From a virus: a stretch of DNA of 64,000 nt. A program made the translations under genes and the position numbers. The notes under the pieces were generated by a model. The model had not been told where the DNA came from. It saw nothing but the letters and a program-made list of their open reading frames with translations, and made no database searches. This document shows, one piece after another, positions 1 through 12,900 of this stretch. Location of the stretch: positions 1 to 64,000 of the IMG/VR virus record IMGVR_UViG_3300030117_005706, one strand, 5' to 3'. How positions within the stretch are numbered: the stretch's first letter is position 1; every line of letters starts with the position of its first letter.

Positions 1-135
1 AACAAGGTGAGACAACTTGACCCGCAAGACGCAAACCAACTCCTCGTATGGGCTACCGTCATGCAACAGCATGACAAGCCTGAGCAACGTGACAGCATTT
101 ACTTGGGATATGACAACATCCCGCCTTTGGAGTGA
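1..135 (+). CDS. 3' end of a gene, possible tail assembly chaperone
   Basis: Frame 1 open from base 1: NKVRQLDPQDANQLLVWATVMQQ...IPPLE* (TGA 133-135); lies immediately before the TMP-like gene. Confidence 0.45.
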   Translation, partial: NKVRQLDPQDANQLLVWATVMQQHDKPEQRDSIYLGYDNIPPLE

Positions 136-140
136 AAACA

Positions 141-611
141 ATGGTTGACGAAAAAATAGACACAGGTACGATGGAATCGATGAAACGATTCTCCGAGTTT
201 AGCGAGAAGTCACGCAACAACATGCGCTCGCTACGTGAGGAGATTCAAGAGTTCAATAAAGTGATGAACGCTGCTCATTCAACGACCGATACTTTACGAG
301 AATCTCTAAGACAAATGAGCAATATCCAGCCAGCGGAAACGTTGACTGAAACACTTGAAGCAAACAGAACGAATGCTACGACAAATGCACGGATTGCAAA
401 TACCCCTACCCCCGCACAATCTCAGCCAGCCGAGTCTGTTGGAATGAGTCAGAATGTCACCATCAACACGCTTCGCATCGACGTTAGCGGAGTGACTGAC
501 CGCAGCGATAAGCGTGCATTGGCACGTGAAATCAGCGAGATGGTTACAAAAGAATTGCGAGCAAAAATGGGCGGTCCACTGTCCACGTCAGGATTAAATC
601 GAGGTGTCTGA
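141..611 (+). CDS. Small tape-measure-like protein
   Basis: ATG at 141; helical N-half; C-terminus NVTINTLRIDVSG...ALAREISEMVTKELR resembles tape-measure C-termini; position fits. Confidence 0.45.
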   Translation: MVDEKIDTGTMESMKRFSEFSEKSRNNMRSLREEIQEFNKVMNAAHSTTDTLRESLRQMSNIQPAETLTETLEANRTNATTNARIANTPTPAQSQPAESVGMSQNVTINTLRIDVSGVTDRSDKRALAREISEMVTKELRAKMGGPLSTSGLNRGV

Positions 612-2355
612 TTTGACACAGCGTGTTCCTATTCGTCTTGTACAGGAGAATGGGAACCGTATCGACCTTGATGTTCAAACAATGGATTTGAAAATACACC
701 GTATATTCCAAGCATTCCCCATACCGTTTACAGGTGGCTTCAACGCAGGTGTTGATTTGAATATGGCAACCGTCGAAATCGAACTACAAGGTGTGTTTGC
801 CGATGAACCCGGACAGGAAGAGAGCGCCAAAGCGTCGGCTACAATTGAGTTTGGAGGCGATACGCCTCCTTTTTCTCCTCCCGATTCGGGTAGTGGTCAA
901 GGCGGCGCACCTGAGGCTTTTCCTCCAACTCCAAACGCTGCATCGAGTGGCTTTCGCATCGGCGGCTCAGCGTTCAACCCTTTTGGTCAGCGACCAGTAA
1001 TACCGACGACTCCGCCGACAACAGACGCAGACCAAGCGCAAGCAAATTTCTTGGCAAGGCTTCACAATCGTTATTTCATTCTACCTAACGCTTATCGCAT
1101 ATCATTGGGGAATGCAACTCCTCCGGGTGGTAATTATGTCAAATTCATCTTTGATACAAAGCGAAGTGGTTCAGTCAAAGAACCATTTGCATATCCACGC
1201 ATGGTGACACGCAACACTGACTTGACAACTGCGAGTAGCAGTGCAATCAGTGCGAACAGCGATGGTACACTCACTATTTCAATTGCATCGGGTGACCCAC
1301 GCACATGGTTTGAGACCCCTGATGACTTAGACGATACGGCGTTTGGGCTTGCTGTTGATGATAGCACACTCTTGGGCTACGTTCGCTCGGTTACATCAAA
1401 TAGCATTAAGTTCACACCGTTCGCAGGCGTTTCAGCATCAACCAACATCAACAGCAAAACAATACAAATTTTGACACGTACTGGGCGAGGCATTTACAAC
1501 AAAGCAACTGACCCTCCTACCATCGCTATACCAATCAAGCACATGTTTGACGAGAACCCACCAAACTTTGCCGATGGTTCGGCTCGTTCTGTTGGTACAG
1601 CCTCGTCACCGGGTGAGGTCTTGGCACACATTGTTTCTCAGGCTATAGAAAGCACAACTGCTGCTACAGTAGGCAGAATCAGTGACATTGATTTGGTTGC
1701 AGGTAGTGGTCAGTTGTCAGACGTATTCTCAACTGAACTTGTGACAGCGGGTAGCGGGTTTGACACCACTGTCAAAATCACACAAAAATTTGCTTTTGAC
1801 TTAGGAGCATTAGGAGAAATACCTACTGATATACCTGCAAACATTCGACCTGTCATCAATCCCTTCACGGGCGGTAAGACAGGGAACAAAGTCAAGTCCG
1901 CAGGGGACAAAGTACAGGACATTCTTGGTGTCGTTACTAACAGTCAAAACTTTCAGCAAAATGAAACAAATACAACGATAGGAGATGCGCTTGATTTTAT
2001 CAATCGCCTTACTACAAAATATCTTGACCAAAGGCCCGAAGACATTACTGACTCAGGCGATTACATAACTGGTATTCAAATACCGTATGATAGTTTAGCG
2101 ACGTTCGGCCTTGACTTACTTGACGGCGATACAGCGCAACGCAACTTTTTTACAACGTATGGAGAGAAAGATACGGAGAGCAAAGTTGCTGCTGCAAATC
2201 GCATTCATGCATCCCGCCCATTCAACCCAAGTGCACGAACGCATCGCACGAACGGAATCAAAGCAGTGGTCACAGATTTTGTTACCATGCACGACGCACA
2301 AGAGCGTTTGTATAACTTTACGATGAAACTGATTGCAGTCGACTCGTTACTATGA
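604..2355 (+). CDS. Virion structural protein (distal tail/baseplate-like), paralog A
   Basis: 583-aa ORF sharing N-terminal and SAGDK...GIQIPYDSL...RNFFTTYG blocks with the next gene; tail module context. Confidence 0.6.
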   Translation: MSDLTQRVPIRLVQENGNRIDLDVQTMDLKIHRIFQAFPIPFTGGFNAGVDLNMATVEIELQGVFADEPGQEESAKASATIEFGGDTPPFSPPDSGSGQGGAPEAFPPTPNAASSGFRIGGSAFNPFGQRPVIPTTPPTTDADQAQANFLARLHNRYFILPNAYRISLGNATPPGGNYVKFIFDTKRSGSVKEPFAYPRMVTRNTDLTTASSSAISANSDGTLTISIASGDPRTWFETPDDLDDTAFGLAVDDSTLLGYVRSVTSNSIKFTPFAGVSASTNINSKTIQILTRTGRGIYNKATDPPTIAIPIKHMFDENPPNFADGSARSVGTASSPGEVLAHIVSQAIESTTAATVGRISDIDLVAGSGQLSDVFSTELVTAGSGFDTTVKITQKFAFDLGALGEIPTDIPANIRPVINPFTGGKTGNKVKSAGDKVQDILGVVTNSQNFQQNETNTTIGDALDFINRLTTKYLDQRPEDITDSGDYITGIQIPYDSLATFGLDLLDGDTAQRNFFTTYGEKDTESKVAAANRIHASRPFNPSARTHRTNGIKAVVTDFVTMHDAQERLYNFTMKLIAVDSLL

Positions 2356-2364
2356 GGTGAAAGG

Positions 2365-3960
2365 ATGTCGTTACCAGTTCGTTTGATGTTTGGCGATAAT
2401 CGCTTCACCATACCTGTTCAGGCTGAGGAGATTACTATGGCAGTGCATCGTAAGTTACACGCTTTTCCAGTGCCGTTTACGAACTCTCAGCGAATAGGCA
2501 TTGATACTAACATGGCTACTTTACAGATGAACATGTCACTCATATTGGAGGATGACAGGGGCACCTTTGATTCGACTGGGCGCCCTCTTCAAAGCATTCT
2601 CTCGTTTGCATCATATCCTACAGACAAGGTTGTTCATCATTATGAGCCGTCTGATTTGCGATTTACCTCTTTTGGAAATTATGCAGCGGGTGCTACAAGT
2701 ATATCGATTGCTATTCCAAGAAGCAATGTGTTGCAAGCGATGATTGATGCAGGTTCCGCTACAGCGATTTTTGATAACTTTGGTCAGGTTGCAACAAAGG
2801 CAGCGAGTGAAAACATAAAAACGAGCACGGTTGGTAGCGTGTACAGGTTTGACCTGACACTCACTGGGGGTGGGCTTACACGTGCACTCAAGACAGGTGA
2901 TTTGATTGTCGTCAAATCGACACCATTTGCAAGCAAGATTGTATTCATCCCTGTTGCATCGGCAACAAACGACACTGGGCACATTATCAAATTAGTTATG
3001 GATGGCTCGACTACTTCAAACCGTGCAGGCGGTTCAGGTACTGCAAGCGTACGGTCAGGTCATAATTTGATAGAGAACGGAGATGTCATTATTGACGTGC
3101 CAGTTGGAGGCATCGACACAAACCCTGACAATGGTAACCCTGCTCAGACCATCGCACTCGTTGTAAAAGATGCTTTGGAACTGACGACGAACATCACGAA
3201 TCTTTCAGAAGGGGTCGATACCGTCGGGGGTAAGCGTGTGACCGACGTCGCTGACGTCGCTGTTTCTCCAAACAATGATGCCGTGCTTCTCGTTACGCAA
3301 AAGTTTACTAATCAAGATTTTACTTTTGCTTACAACGTGATAGGTCGTCACGACACACTAACTGACACGAGAACGGCCATTGCCAATACGAAGGCAAGAA
3401 GCAATTTGATGAGTGCAGGTGACAAAGCACAAACACTCATGGGGCTTTTTGCAAACGCTGACAACTCAGGTGATTTACTGAGAGGTATTCAAATCCCGTA
3501 TGATTCCCTCATCCAGTCGGATGCAGTCACACCCGAAGTTCGCAATTTCTTTACGACCTACGGGCGCAAAGCCAAGGCATCTCAAAAGACATCCGAAGCA
3601 AATATACTACCTTCTTCACAGCCCATGTTATCACCATCAGCCACTTCAAAAACTGGTTCAGACGTTTTAGGTGAGGCCGAAGAGTCAGGCGATACGAACT
3701 TACTTGACGAGGCGTTAGGGGCAGCGGAGGATGCTGTTGAGTTCGTACTCGATACTATTGGTTTGGGCAACTTGTATGACGGCTTCAAAGAAATTGCAAC
3801 GGGCATTGGAGATGCACTGACAGGAGAAGCATCTGACCGAGCGGGAATAAATGGTATTTACGTGTTGCCTGAAAACTTTCATTTACGCAAGGAGGCTGCC
3901 TTGAACTACTACGTGGCCGACCTTGATTTGATTATGGTTCACAAAGTGGCAGGTGTTTGA
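2365..3960 (+). CDS. Virion structural protein (distal tail/baseplate-like), paralog B
   Basis: 531-aa ORF with GAGGTGA SD upstream; clear paralog of 604..2355. Confidence 0.6.
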   Translation: MSLPVRLMFGDNRFTIPVQAEEITMAVHRKLHAFPVPFTNSQRIGIDTNMATLQMNMSLILEDDRGTFDSTGRPLQSILSFASYPTDKVVHHYEPSDLRFTSFGNYAAGATSISIAIPRSNVLQAMIDAGSATAIFDNFGQVATKAASENIKTSTVGSVYRFDLTLTGGGLTRALKTGDLIVVKSTPFASKIVFIPVASATNDTGHIIKLVMDGSTTSNRAGGSGTASVRSGHNLIENGDVIIDVPVGGIDTNPDNGNPAQTIALVVKDALELTTNITNLSEGVDTVGGKRVTDVADVAVSPNNDAVLLVTQKFTNQDFTFAYNVIGRHDTLTDTRTAIANTKARSNLMSAGDKAQTLMGLFANADNSGDLLRGIQIPYDSLIQSDAVTPEVRNFFTTYGRKAKASQKTSEANILPSSQPMLSPSATSKTGSDVLGEAEESGDTNLLDEALGAAEDAVEFVLDTIGLGNLYDGFKEIATGIGDALTGEASDRAGINGIYVLPENFHLRKEAALNYYVADLDLIMVHKVAGV

Positions 3961-6900
3961 TTTGGTTGTATCAGCGGATTCCACACATGCTATGCGATTC
4001 AATGGGATTTCCGATGCGGTCATCATCCCAATGCAAAGTTTCTCACAGAACGCAGGTAATTTACAATCAGGGGTACCAACAAGTGAGATGAGTATACCAA
4101 CCATACTCGACTCATTTACATTTGAATCGTGGATTATTCCCGACTCAGGTGGTATTGTTTGGGAATATGAACACGTTATGCGACTTGTAGTGGGCGCTCC
4201 ATCAAGTAGTGCACCTGCAAGTTTCCAAGTGAAATTGCGAAGCAAAAGCACAGGGAACGAAAATACTTTCACACTTAGTAGCGCAACCGCTGTGACGAAG
4301 CCTGACGGGACAGTTTCTCATTACGACGGAGTGCTTTACCCTCGTGCAGCACTTGATTTGCACAACTCTTATGATGCACTGGATGGCAGTAAGTCTGACA
4401 ATGCTGCCGTGCATGATGGGCACCGAGAACTGTTGCAGGTAGCCATTGTTTTCGACAAGCGTCATCTTTCATTACGAATAAACGGAGACGTCGTCGCTAC
4501 CAAAACATTGGACTCGGACCACGAACTTGTTCTTTATCCCACACAAATTTTCGTCGGAGGACAAGGAGGCGAATTCCGTGGCACTATTGAGACCATACAC
4601 TGGGCACGAGGTGCACTTGATAGCAGCATCGACCCACACGCACCAGTGTCCACAGATTCAACTCTCGGCCTTTGGCGGTTTGAAGAACCAGTCGAGCCAA
4701 TTTCGACGATTCTTACATTGCCTTCACTTTCGGCATCCACATCGGCTAACTCAGCCATCACAATCGGAACGACAGAAGCCCAATCCCTCATCGATACACT
4801 AACAGGTAAGAGTGGGATTACTTCGCTTGATTTAACATCTACGACTTATTCAGCAGGTAACTATACAGTGACAAAGAACGCAGCCAACTCAGAAAGTACA
4901 ATTACGATTCCACAAGTATCTTTTAACTTACTTATCAATCCACTCGGCTACAATCGCACCACAGGTGTTGCGAATAGAGAGGCACCTGAACGTGTGCGCC
5001 TTACAAACGTCGATGCAAGTGCAGGTACAATCACAGTTGAGAGTATACATCTTGACTTTGTCTCAAATACAACAAACGGGCGACGTGGGCTGCTCATGGC
5101 ACACAGTGCGAGTGATGCAGTGATTGTCATCGGTGACTGTCTTGTTGATAGCGGAACTGGCAACCAAGGTGTGGGTACAGGCACTCAGTTTTCAAACAGG
5201 CAAGGCCAAGTCGTTATTGACGAAAGTAGTTTTGAAAACCACGGAATTGTATTTTCGACACGCATGGCAATAGCCGATGACCCATACATGAAGTTTTCAG
5301 CAACAACAAACATGGGCACTGCATTCACAGCAGGTCACACAGGTCGACACATACTCAATCATGTCAAGAGTCACCCTTACATCGGTATGCTACCACGCCC
5401 AATTAATTCAGAAGTCGAGCAAAACATAGACGGCTCAGCGTCTGTTATGACGGCTACGTTTGGCCCACAGTATGCAAACGTGCGTGATGCTGCGCCTGCA
5501 AACTCGGTTGTTTCATTCTATGATGTTACAGGTCCATTTTCGGTTATGTCCACGCGCTTCACTGATACGCCTACACAAGTCGTTGAAAACGGAATGGCGG
5601 GTATATCCGATACCAAGCGAGGGTTGTTAGCAATTGGTGGACTGTTTGATGTGTCTCCATTTTTGTTGCGTTCAGGGCCTGATTCGATTCCCGAAGACAA
5701 TAGCGACGAACACATTCGTCACATGACTCCCTCAAAAGAAACGAGGACGGCTATACTAGAAGTTCCGTCTCTTGCTACATACAATCGACCTACACTCGTT
5801 CAAGTCAAATACAACGCAGTTGACATTACTGGGCGTGGCATCAAACACGCTGCGACTGCACGACTAACGACAGGGATTGGCGGTAGCGGAACTGTGTTGA
5901 CGTTTCCTTCGGTCAAGCAATTTGGTGCTAACGGTCAAAAAATACCTGCTGACTTTATTTCTATAGACGGAGAGGTTGCGGGGGTGAACTCAATTGTTGC
6001 AACAATCAACCACAGTGCGAACACTCTTACATTCGGGTCCGCAGCCACATCAGCATTCCAAACAGCAGCAACTGCCAATGCTATCGTCAATGTACATCTC
6101 AATGGAGGGGCTTTACTTGTTGAAAGCACATATCCTGATGTAGCCGAAGAAGTTACCTCAGGTACACGAATCATTGATTTGATTCATACAGACGTGGAAG
6201 CAGGCACTGCTCAACTTCACTCGGCAGGTGGGGTAATTCGTATGGTCAGCAACAGTCAGATGTTGTTCAAAGAAGGCGAATTGAACGGCGATGATGAAGA
6301 GGGCTATCAAACAGAACGTGCCCTTGACTTTTCGATGTGTCCTGACAATTATCTTCCTCTTCACAGTACAGACTCGGCGCAACTCAACCCACGTCGTATT
6401 TTTTCGCCTCGTGCAAGTGATACTACTCGTGATTCTGTATTCAATCGAATTGTCATTACACCGTCAGGTAACACCAGTGATAACTTTGATGTCGATACAG
6501 ATGGTTATCTTGTGCAAGGTAAACAAGGTGCTGTACGCAAAAGCACAGGCGTCTTTGTCAACAATGGTAGCGGTCACGCAGCGGGGACAACGACGATTAC
6601 TGTGGATGGTGCCAACGCTACAAATTTCTTTGCAGCAGGTACAAATGTGTACAGCCTTGACGGTGTTTTGCTCGGTGCAGTAAACAGTTCAACAAGCACG
6701 TCAATTACATTAGCAGCAGGTAGCACACAGGCTGTTGTTGACAACGAAGAGTTGTTTTACCAACCACGCAAGAGTGCAATTGGTACAGTTTCACAAAGTA
6801 GTGCTGTTCACGAGGTGTTTGACATTATATCGCACCGAACCGACAGGAACTTTGTTGAATTTGTTGTACAACCGTCAGACCGTAATCGATTCACACAACT

Positions 6901-9900
6901 GGCTAAGTTGTTTACAACTGGTGATGGAACACTCGTGCGAGCCAACCAGTTTGAGATTCACTATCTCATGGGACGAGGACGTGCGCTCACAATGTCTGAC
7001 GGTGACGCAGGTACGTCTATTCTCCGAGCACACGGGCTTGGGGCTGACATGGCTGCGAACTCAATTAGCGTCAAGGGCGACGGAGCACCTGATTCATTCG
7101 TCGTCAAAGAAACAATGCCCGGTTCGCCCGTTGTTACGGTAACACTCGGAGGTGCAGGTCAGGGTGCTATTAACACAAAGCCAACCTACAACCCTTCACC
7201 AACTGCTCGTCTCGGTTGGTCGACACGAAGAGACTGTTCAGTCAGAGTGTCGGCAACTACCAGTACGAAGGTTACGGTTGTGCCTCTCAATAACAAATCA
7301 TCAGCCCTTGCATCTTGGGGAACGTATTGCTTCCCGAAAGTTGGCCGAATATATTTTGCAGTTCCTGTGGAGTCAGGTGATAGTGCGACGAAGTATGCCT
7401 CAGCCGAATACACCAGCAAAGACGGAACGCAGTTCACGTTCTCTTCGGGAACGGGTCATACTGGTAGTGGTAAGTTTGTACTTACTGATGGGTCTGAAAG
7501 CGATTCTCTCAGTGCTTGGCTAACCGCAACTGGACTGAAAGTTGGGTCAACCGTTGAGGTGGACGACCAGTTCAACGAAGGCTCAATGTGCAACGATGGG
7601 ACAACCATCAATGACCGACTGTTCCAAACACTTGACACAGTTCAACACGATTACCAACTAGGCACTCAATACGCAAGTACACGAGCGATGGTTGAGATTC
7701 CCCTCTTTGACGATTTTTTCTTTGAAAACGAGGACGAGGGAATCTTCCCCGGACCTGACAACAGTATGAAGTTGCATCTTGACCCAACGTATGCTGCTCC
7801 GACATGGGCACCTAATCCTGTCGGACGGCGGGCACCGTCTATTGCGCCGGAAGACCCGACAGTCAACAGCGCATTTTCGACATCAATCAAGACAAATTCA
7901 CATCGTCGAGGCACTGTGATTAGTCAGCCATATGACTCGGCTAACCGACGCATTTATGTTCAAGATTACAAAGTCTTCCCGATTGCTACGGCTGCACCTG
8001 CTACAGTTGCATCAATTGATGGTGCACTCCGTTTCCGTCGGGCGTTTCTACCATCAGGTGAATGGGTGCTGTATGACGTCCGTAACACAAGTGGCTATCT
8101 TGAAGTAGCGGGTAGCACGACGGCTGACGACAACTGGGCGTTCAGCAAGAACTTCTTGCAAGAACTGTCAGTCGGTGTTTCAATCATTCCCGCATCGGGC
8201 TTCCAAGATATGAATTATCCTTCGATTGCTGACAACCCGTTGGTAGATAGTGCAGGGTTTGAATCTCGGCGACCTTACTATTTTGACCGTGCTAACGTCA
8301 TGACACAGGGGGGTAACGTAGACTATGGTATGAAGCAATATGTTAGTGCTGTCGAGTTCCGTGCAGGTCCTCGTGCAAATCCGCATCTTAAGCGTATCAA
8401 GAATAAACGTGCTCGTTCTACGAACAATCAGGCGTATCTTTCCAGTACACTGTTTTTGACTGACATAAGCGACTTTCCAAAGAGCAATGCACATGCATCG
8501 AATTACAAATACAGAATCGCTTGGTGGAATGGGACAGTGTACAAATTTGCTCACTACGATACAATCAACACTACAACAGGTGCGATGGTATTGAACAACA
8601 TTGACTCAGGTTTCACTCCACAAATTGGAGATGAAATTATCCTATGGGACATGCATGCGCCTTCGGGCATTTATCCTGAGGTTAAGGAAGATGCGTTTTT
8701 GAATACGACTTGGGCAAACCCATACTGTAACGGCGGACTGCGAGCAGGTGATACAATTTGGATGAACATGCACTACACAAACCCTCACGCAGTCGAGGGG
8801 CTGTTCTGTAAAAGTCGAGGGACGCTCAACGAGGCTGAGGTTTGGAGTGGATTCTTAGAGGGTGAAGGTGACTTTGCTACGACGCCACGTGAAAGTATAG
8901 CCATGGAGAACTTCTTGATTGGTAATTCGTGTATCGAAACCGCACGTAACTTCGTTCAGCACGTCAACAAAACGATTGAACTAAACTACGAAGCGCTGGG
9001 ATTGAGTGCGACGAATGCACCTACTGTTGCATACATAGACCCCTATCAATCGACTGAGGAACATGCACGTGTATTGTTGTACGACGTGGCGCACGACCGT
9101 GAATTTATTGCGTTCCAAGACCTTTGGATGCAAGTACAATCGAGTCCGCAGGCTGCGACCATCGGTAATGAACCAACATCAGCGGGCACAATCAACAATC
9201 AATCGACGGGAGCAGGTACAGGGCTTGATGTTGCTAACGGCTTCCCTTCACAGAATAAATCGCTTGCATCAACCACGCCATCCGAGTTTATGGAAGCAGC
9301 CATGGCACACAAGTCGACATGGAATTTGAATGTGGCACTTGGTACGCATGCAACTGGCTATCACGGACACACACCTAGTGACCCTGACCTCGTAGGAATA
9401 CAAATTCGCACAAACCCTGCCGTATCGTCAACCAAAGATGATTTAGCCAATGATGAACATCAGCAAATCAATGTATCAACGACTGAAAACTCGACGTTCT
9501 TTGACACACCTGATGGGACACGATGCATTCCAGTATTCTTAGCACTCAAAGGTATTCGTACAACGTCACTTGATTTGTCGACGCACGAAGAATCTCGCTT
9601 GCAGCATTTGCCTCACTGGTCTGACATGGACTTTGTTCGACGGCTTACGATTGACTTTGGCGAGATTGGAATGAAGGACGGCATTCGCAATATCGAGGCT
9701 GCTGCTCGTGAGATTGTTCGTCTGATAAATCAAGCAGGCGCACCCAATGGGCGAACACATGCACGAAAGCCTGCTGACCAATACTTTGGTGAAAGTGAAC
9801 GGTTTGCTTTGTCACGCGTAGCAAATCAGGCTGACGTGACAAATGGTATCATTGACCCTACGGCTGCTCATCTCAACGCAGGTTTTGCTGCTACTGGAAG

Positions 9901-12900
9901 TACACACGACCCTTCGCCATTTTGGGACAGGGAGAGAGCGTTTGCATCTCATGACCGTGGTACACATATGGGTTACATGCGTGCTCACCTTGGTCGAGTT
10001 GTAGCAGACTCAGGAGGTAAGCCCGGATTCAGTATCATTATTCACAGCACGATACCCGGTGCGTCAGGACGTAACTTCTGTGTATGGCTCGACAATGCAC
10101 GTGGTCAGTTATCTTATCGACCGCAGTTTTTGATTGGTCATGGTGGACGATTCCGTAACTATTGGTGTCAGCCTGACGAAATGACGGGCGAAAACATGCA
10201 CCCTGCGCCTATGCCAATCAATAGATTCGGTCGTCCCTTTGCACCAATCACCACGCTCAAAGAATATCTTCCACCCGATGAAGTAAATGAGCCATTCCGA
10301 AACAACCTTGAGTTCGGACCTGAGACTACAGGTACATCAAGTAACATGGCTTCATCAACTAGCGAAATCGCATCAGGTCGCAACTCTAACACAATCATTG
10401 ACGAATCGTTTGAGGCGAAAAGCCCCGCCTCTCAACTCATCGACGGATTGCGTATTGGCACACCTGCACGTGCTCGCATTAACTTCGGCGGTTTGACACA
10501 GGCAGGCATACCCGGTTGGGCACCTGACGCAGGCAACTGGGGCTTTGGCCGTGACCAACAAGATACTCGATTTGAGCACATTTACGGTAACAACGTCGCT
10601 GCATTTGCACAGCATGGAACAGTTGATGCGACATCGACTGGCGGTTACATACCTGATGAGCAATTGAGAACAGACAACATAGGCGACGGTCAACTGTATG
10701 GTATTCGATTCATCGACCATCGTGGTAAAAATCACACCATCCGTATGGTATATCGACAGCATGGTCAACCATTTGCAAACGATTTGACTGTACTACCGTC
10801 AACGCTTGACGATGAAACTGTCATACACTTTGATGACCGTGATGTAGGGCAAGGCGGATTCACGATTGGTAAGCACATGTTTGGCGAGGGTGATGTGTGT
10901 GGAGAGTTTACAGCAGGCACGAAAAAGAAATTTAAGGGTAATCTATGGAACAATTATCCGTCACCTGCGAGTGGTATATCAGCGACTGTTCAGGTAGTCA
11001 CAGTAAGTGGTGCTGATGCTCTTAAGATTACATTTACAGCCCCATACGATACAAGTAGTACGCTGAATCACCCTGACATCTTGGGTTATCTTGGATTCCC
11101 TGAAAAAGGTGTGATTCAACTGAATGACGTTGCGGGTACAGGTAATAGCGGTGAGCCACTCTATTATCAAAGTCGCTCACATCATGGCAAAGCAGGCTCG
11201 TCAGGAGTACACTACTTGTACAATGTTGAAGGTAACACGTCAGCGTATGGTTCAGGTGTCACACGAATCATCTGTCCACGCATGACGTTTACATCAGTAT
11301 TGACGGACGAGGTCATGGCTGCCGCAGTTGAGTTTGCTTTGACCATGGACGACCCAAATAGCGAAAACGTGGACAAGACTACGTTTGACTGTACACACAT
11401 GCTTGCACCTGACGGTCGCACGCTCGGTGAATGGGGTGTATCTCCTACAGCCATTCGTGTCAAATCACATTCAGCATCCAAGCGCATCATTCCACTACGA
11501 AAATTGTTTGAGGTCAGTCGTGAGAAAGACTGGGGATTCCAAGCGGGAGCATCTGTTCAAGCAACAGGTACTGACCACTTGGGCGGCTTGTCGTCTACCG
11601 AGATTGAAGATGGAACACGACTCGATGTTGGCTACATTCCAAAGACTGTGCTTCACATTACTACCAAATATCGAGGTACAAATGCAAACACGGCAACACC
11701 TGTTCTTGTCGATAGTGCGAACAATGTTGTTGATACAATCGATTGGAAACAAAACCTACGAGGCAACACGTTCTATAGAACAGAAGGCGACCGTGTTATA
11801 CCATGCGTCAACAGCCCTATGGTTAATGTCAATTCTAAAACAAGCACGACTATCACATTACCTTCAAGCCAATATCTGTATCTCATTACTACACCTGCGT
11901 CGACTGATACAGACAGTTGGGCTGAGAAAATTACGGTATGGCTTGGTAGCGAAGAATCAGGTATTGTATCAAGTAAACCCGGCGCAACATCAACATCTGT
12001 TCTTGAGTATGTTGCTGATTCAGCGCAGTGGAGTGGTACAATCGCAGCCAATAACATCCTCGTGAGGCAAGGTTCTATAGAGTATTCTTCGGAAGTTGGA
12101 GGTATACGCCGAGCAGGTAGTCATCACGGCGAGCCGTTCTTGCACTTCCGAGGCGCACACGATAGCCCTGACCACTGGGTGCCGCTGTACTTTGGTGGTG
12201 GATTTTCAGGTGTAACGCTCGATGTCAATGACGGTACACAAAACGACTACAGTGAGTTTTATGAACACCCATACTCAGGCGGACCGACAGGTTCGGCTGG
12301 ATTACAAAACGTTGGTGAGATAGCAGGCTCATACGCTTTGCTTGATGCAAACGCTATGCTTGCTATGTTCCCCGGAACACCGTATCTTGACCAACATGAA
12401 GGTCGCAACAGTATGCCATTCTTCAATCAAGATGCCATGCTGTCATTTGATTTAGATGCTGGTAATAGCACAAACGCTTCAAGCACTGGTGTGACGTACA
12501 CGGACAGTTCAACCACTGTTCGCTGTCAGCGACCAAGTCCAATTGTTCTCCGATTTTCACACCCACACGCTCGTTACACTGCGACGGGTGACGCTACTGA
12601 CCACACAACATACATGATTTTTGGACCCGGTCAAAGCGTACCTCACAACTTTGCAGCACACGAACCGCAACTATCCAGCATCGTTACCGGTGGTAACGGC
12701 TACAGCGGTGTGCCAACTGGCAAGAATTTACCTAATGAGATTGCACACGGTGCAGCCAGTCGCAATGGATTTAGTGCTCACTTGCCACCCACTGCTGAAT
12801 ATCAGAAAGGTAACGTACAAGGCTACAATTACGTCATGAATTGGGAGCCGTCAAAAGGCCATCCAAACAGCACTGGATTTGCTCAGACAGCAGGGCAAGG

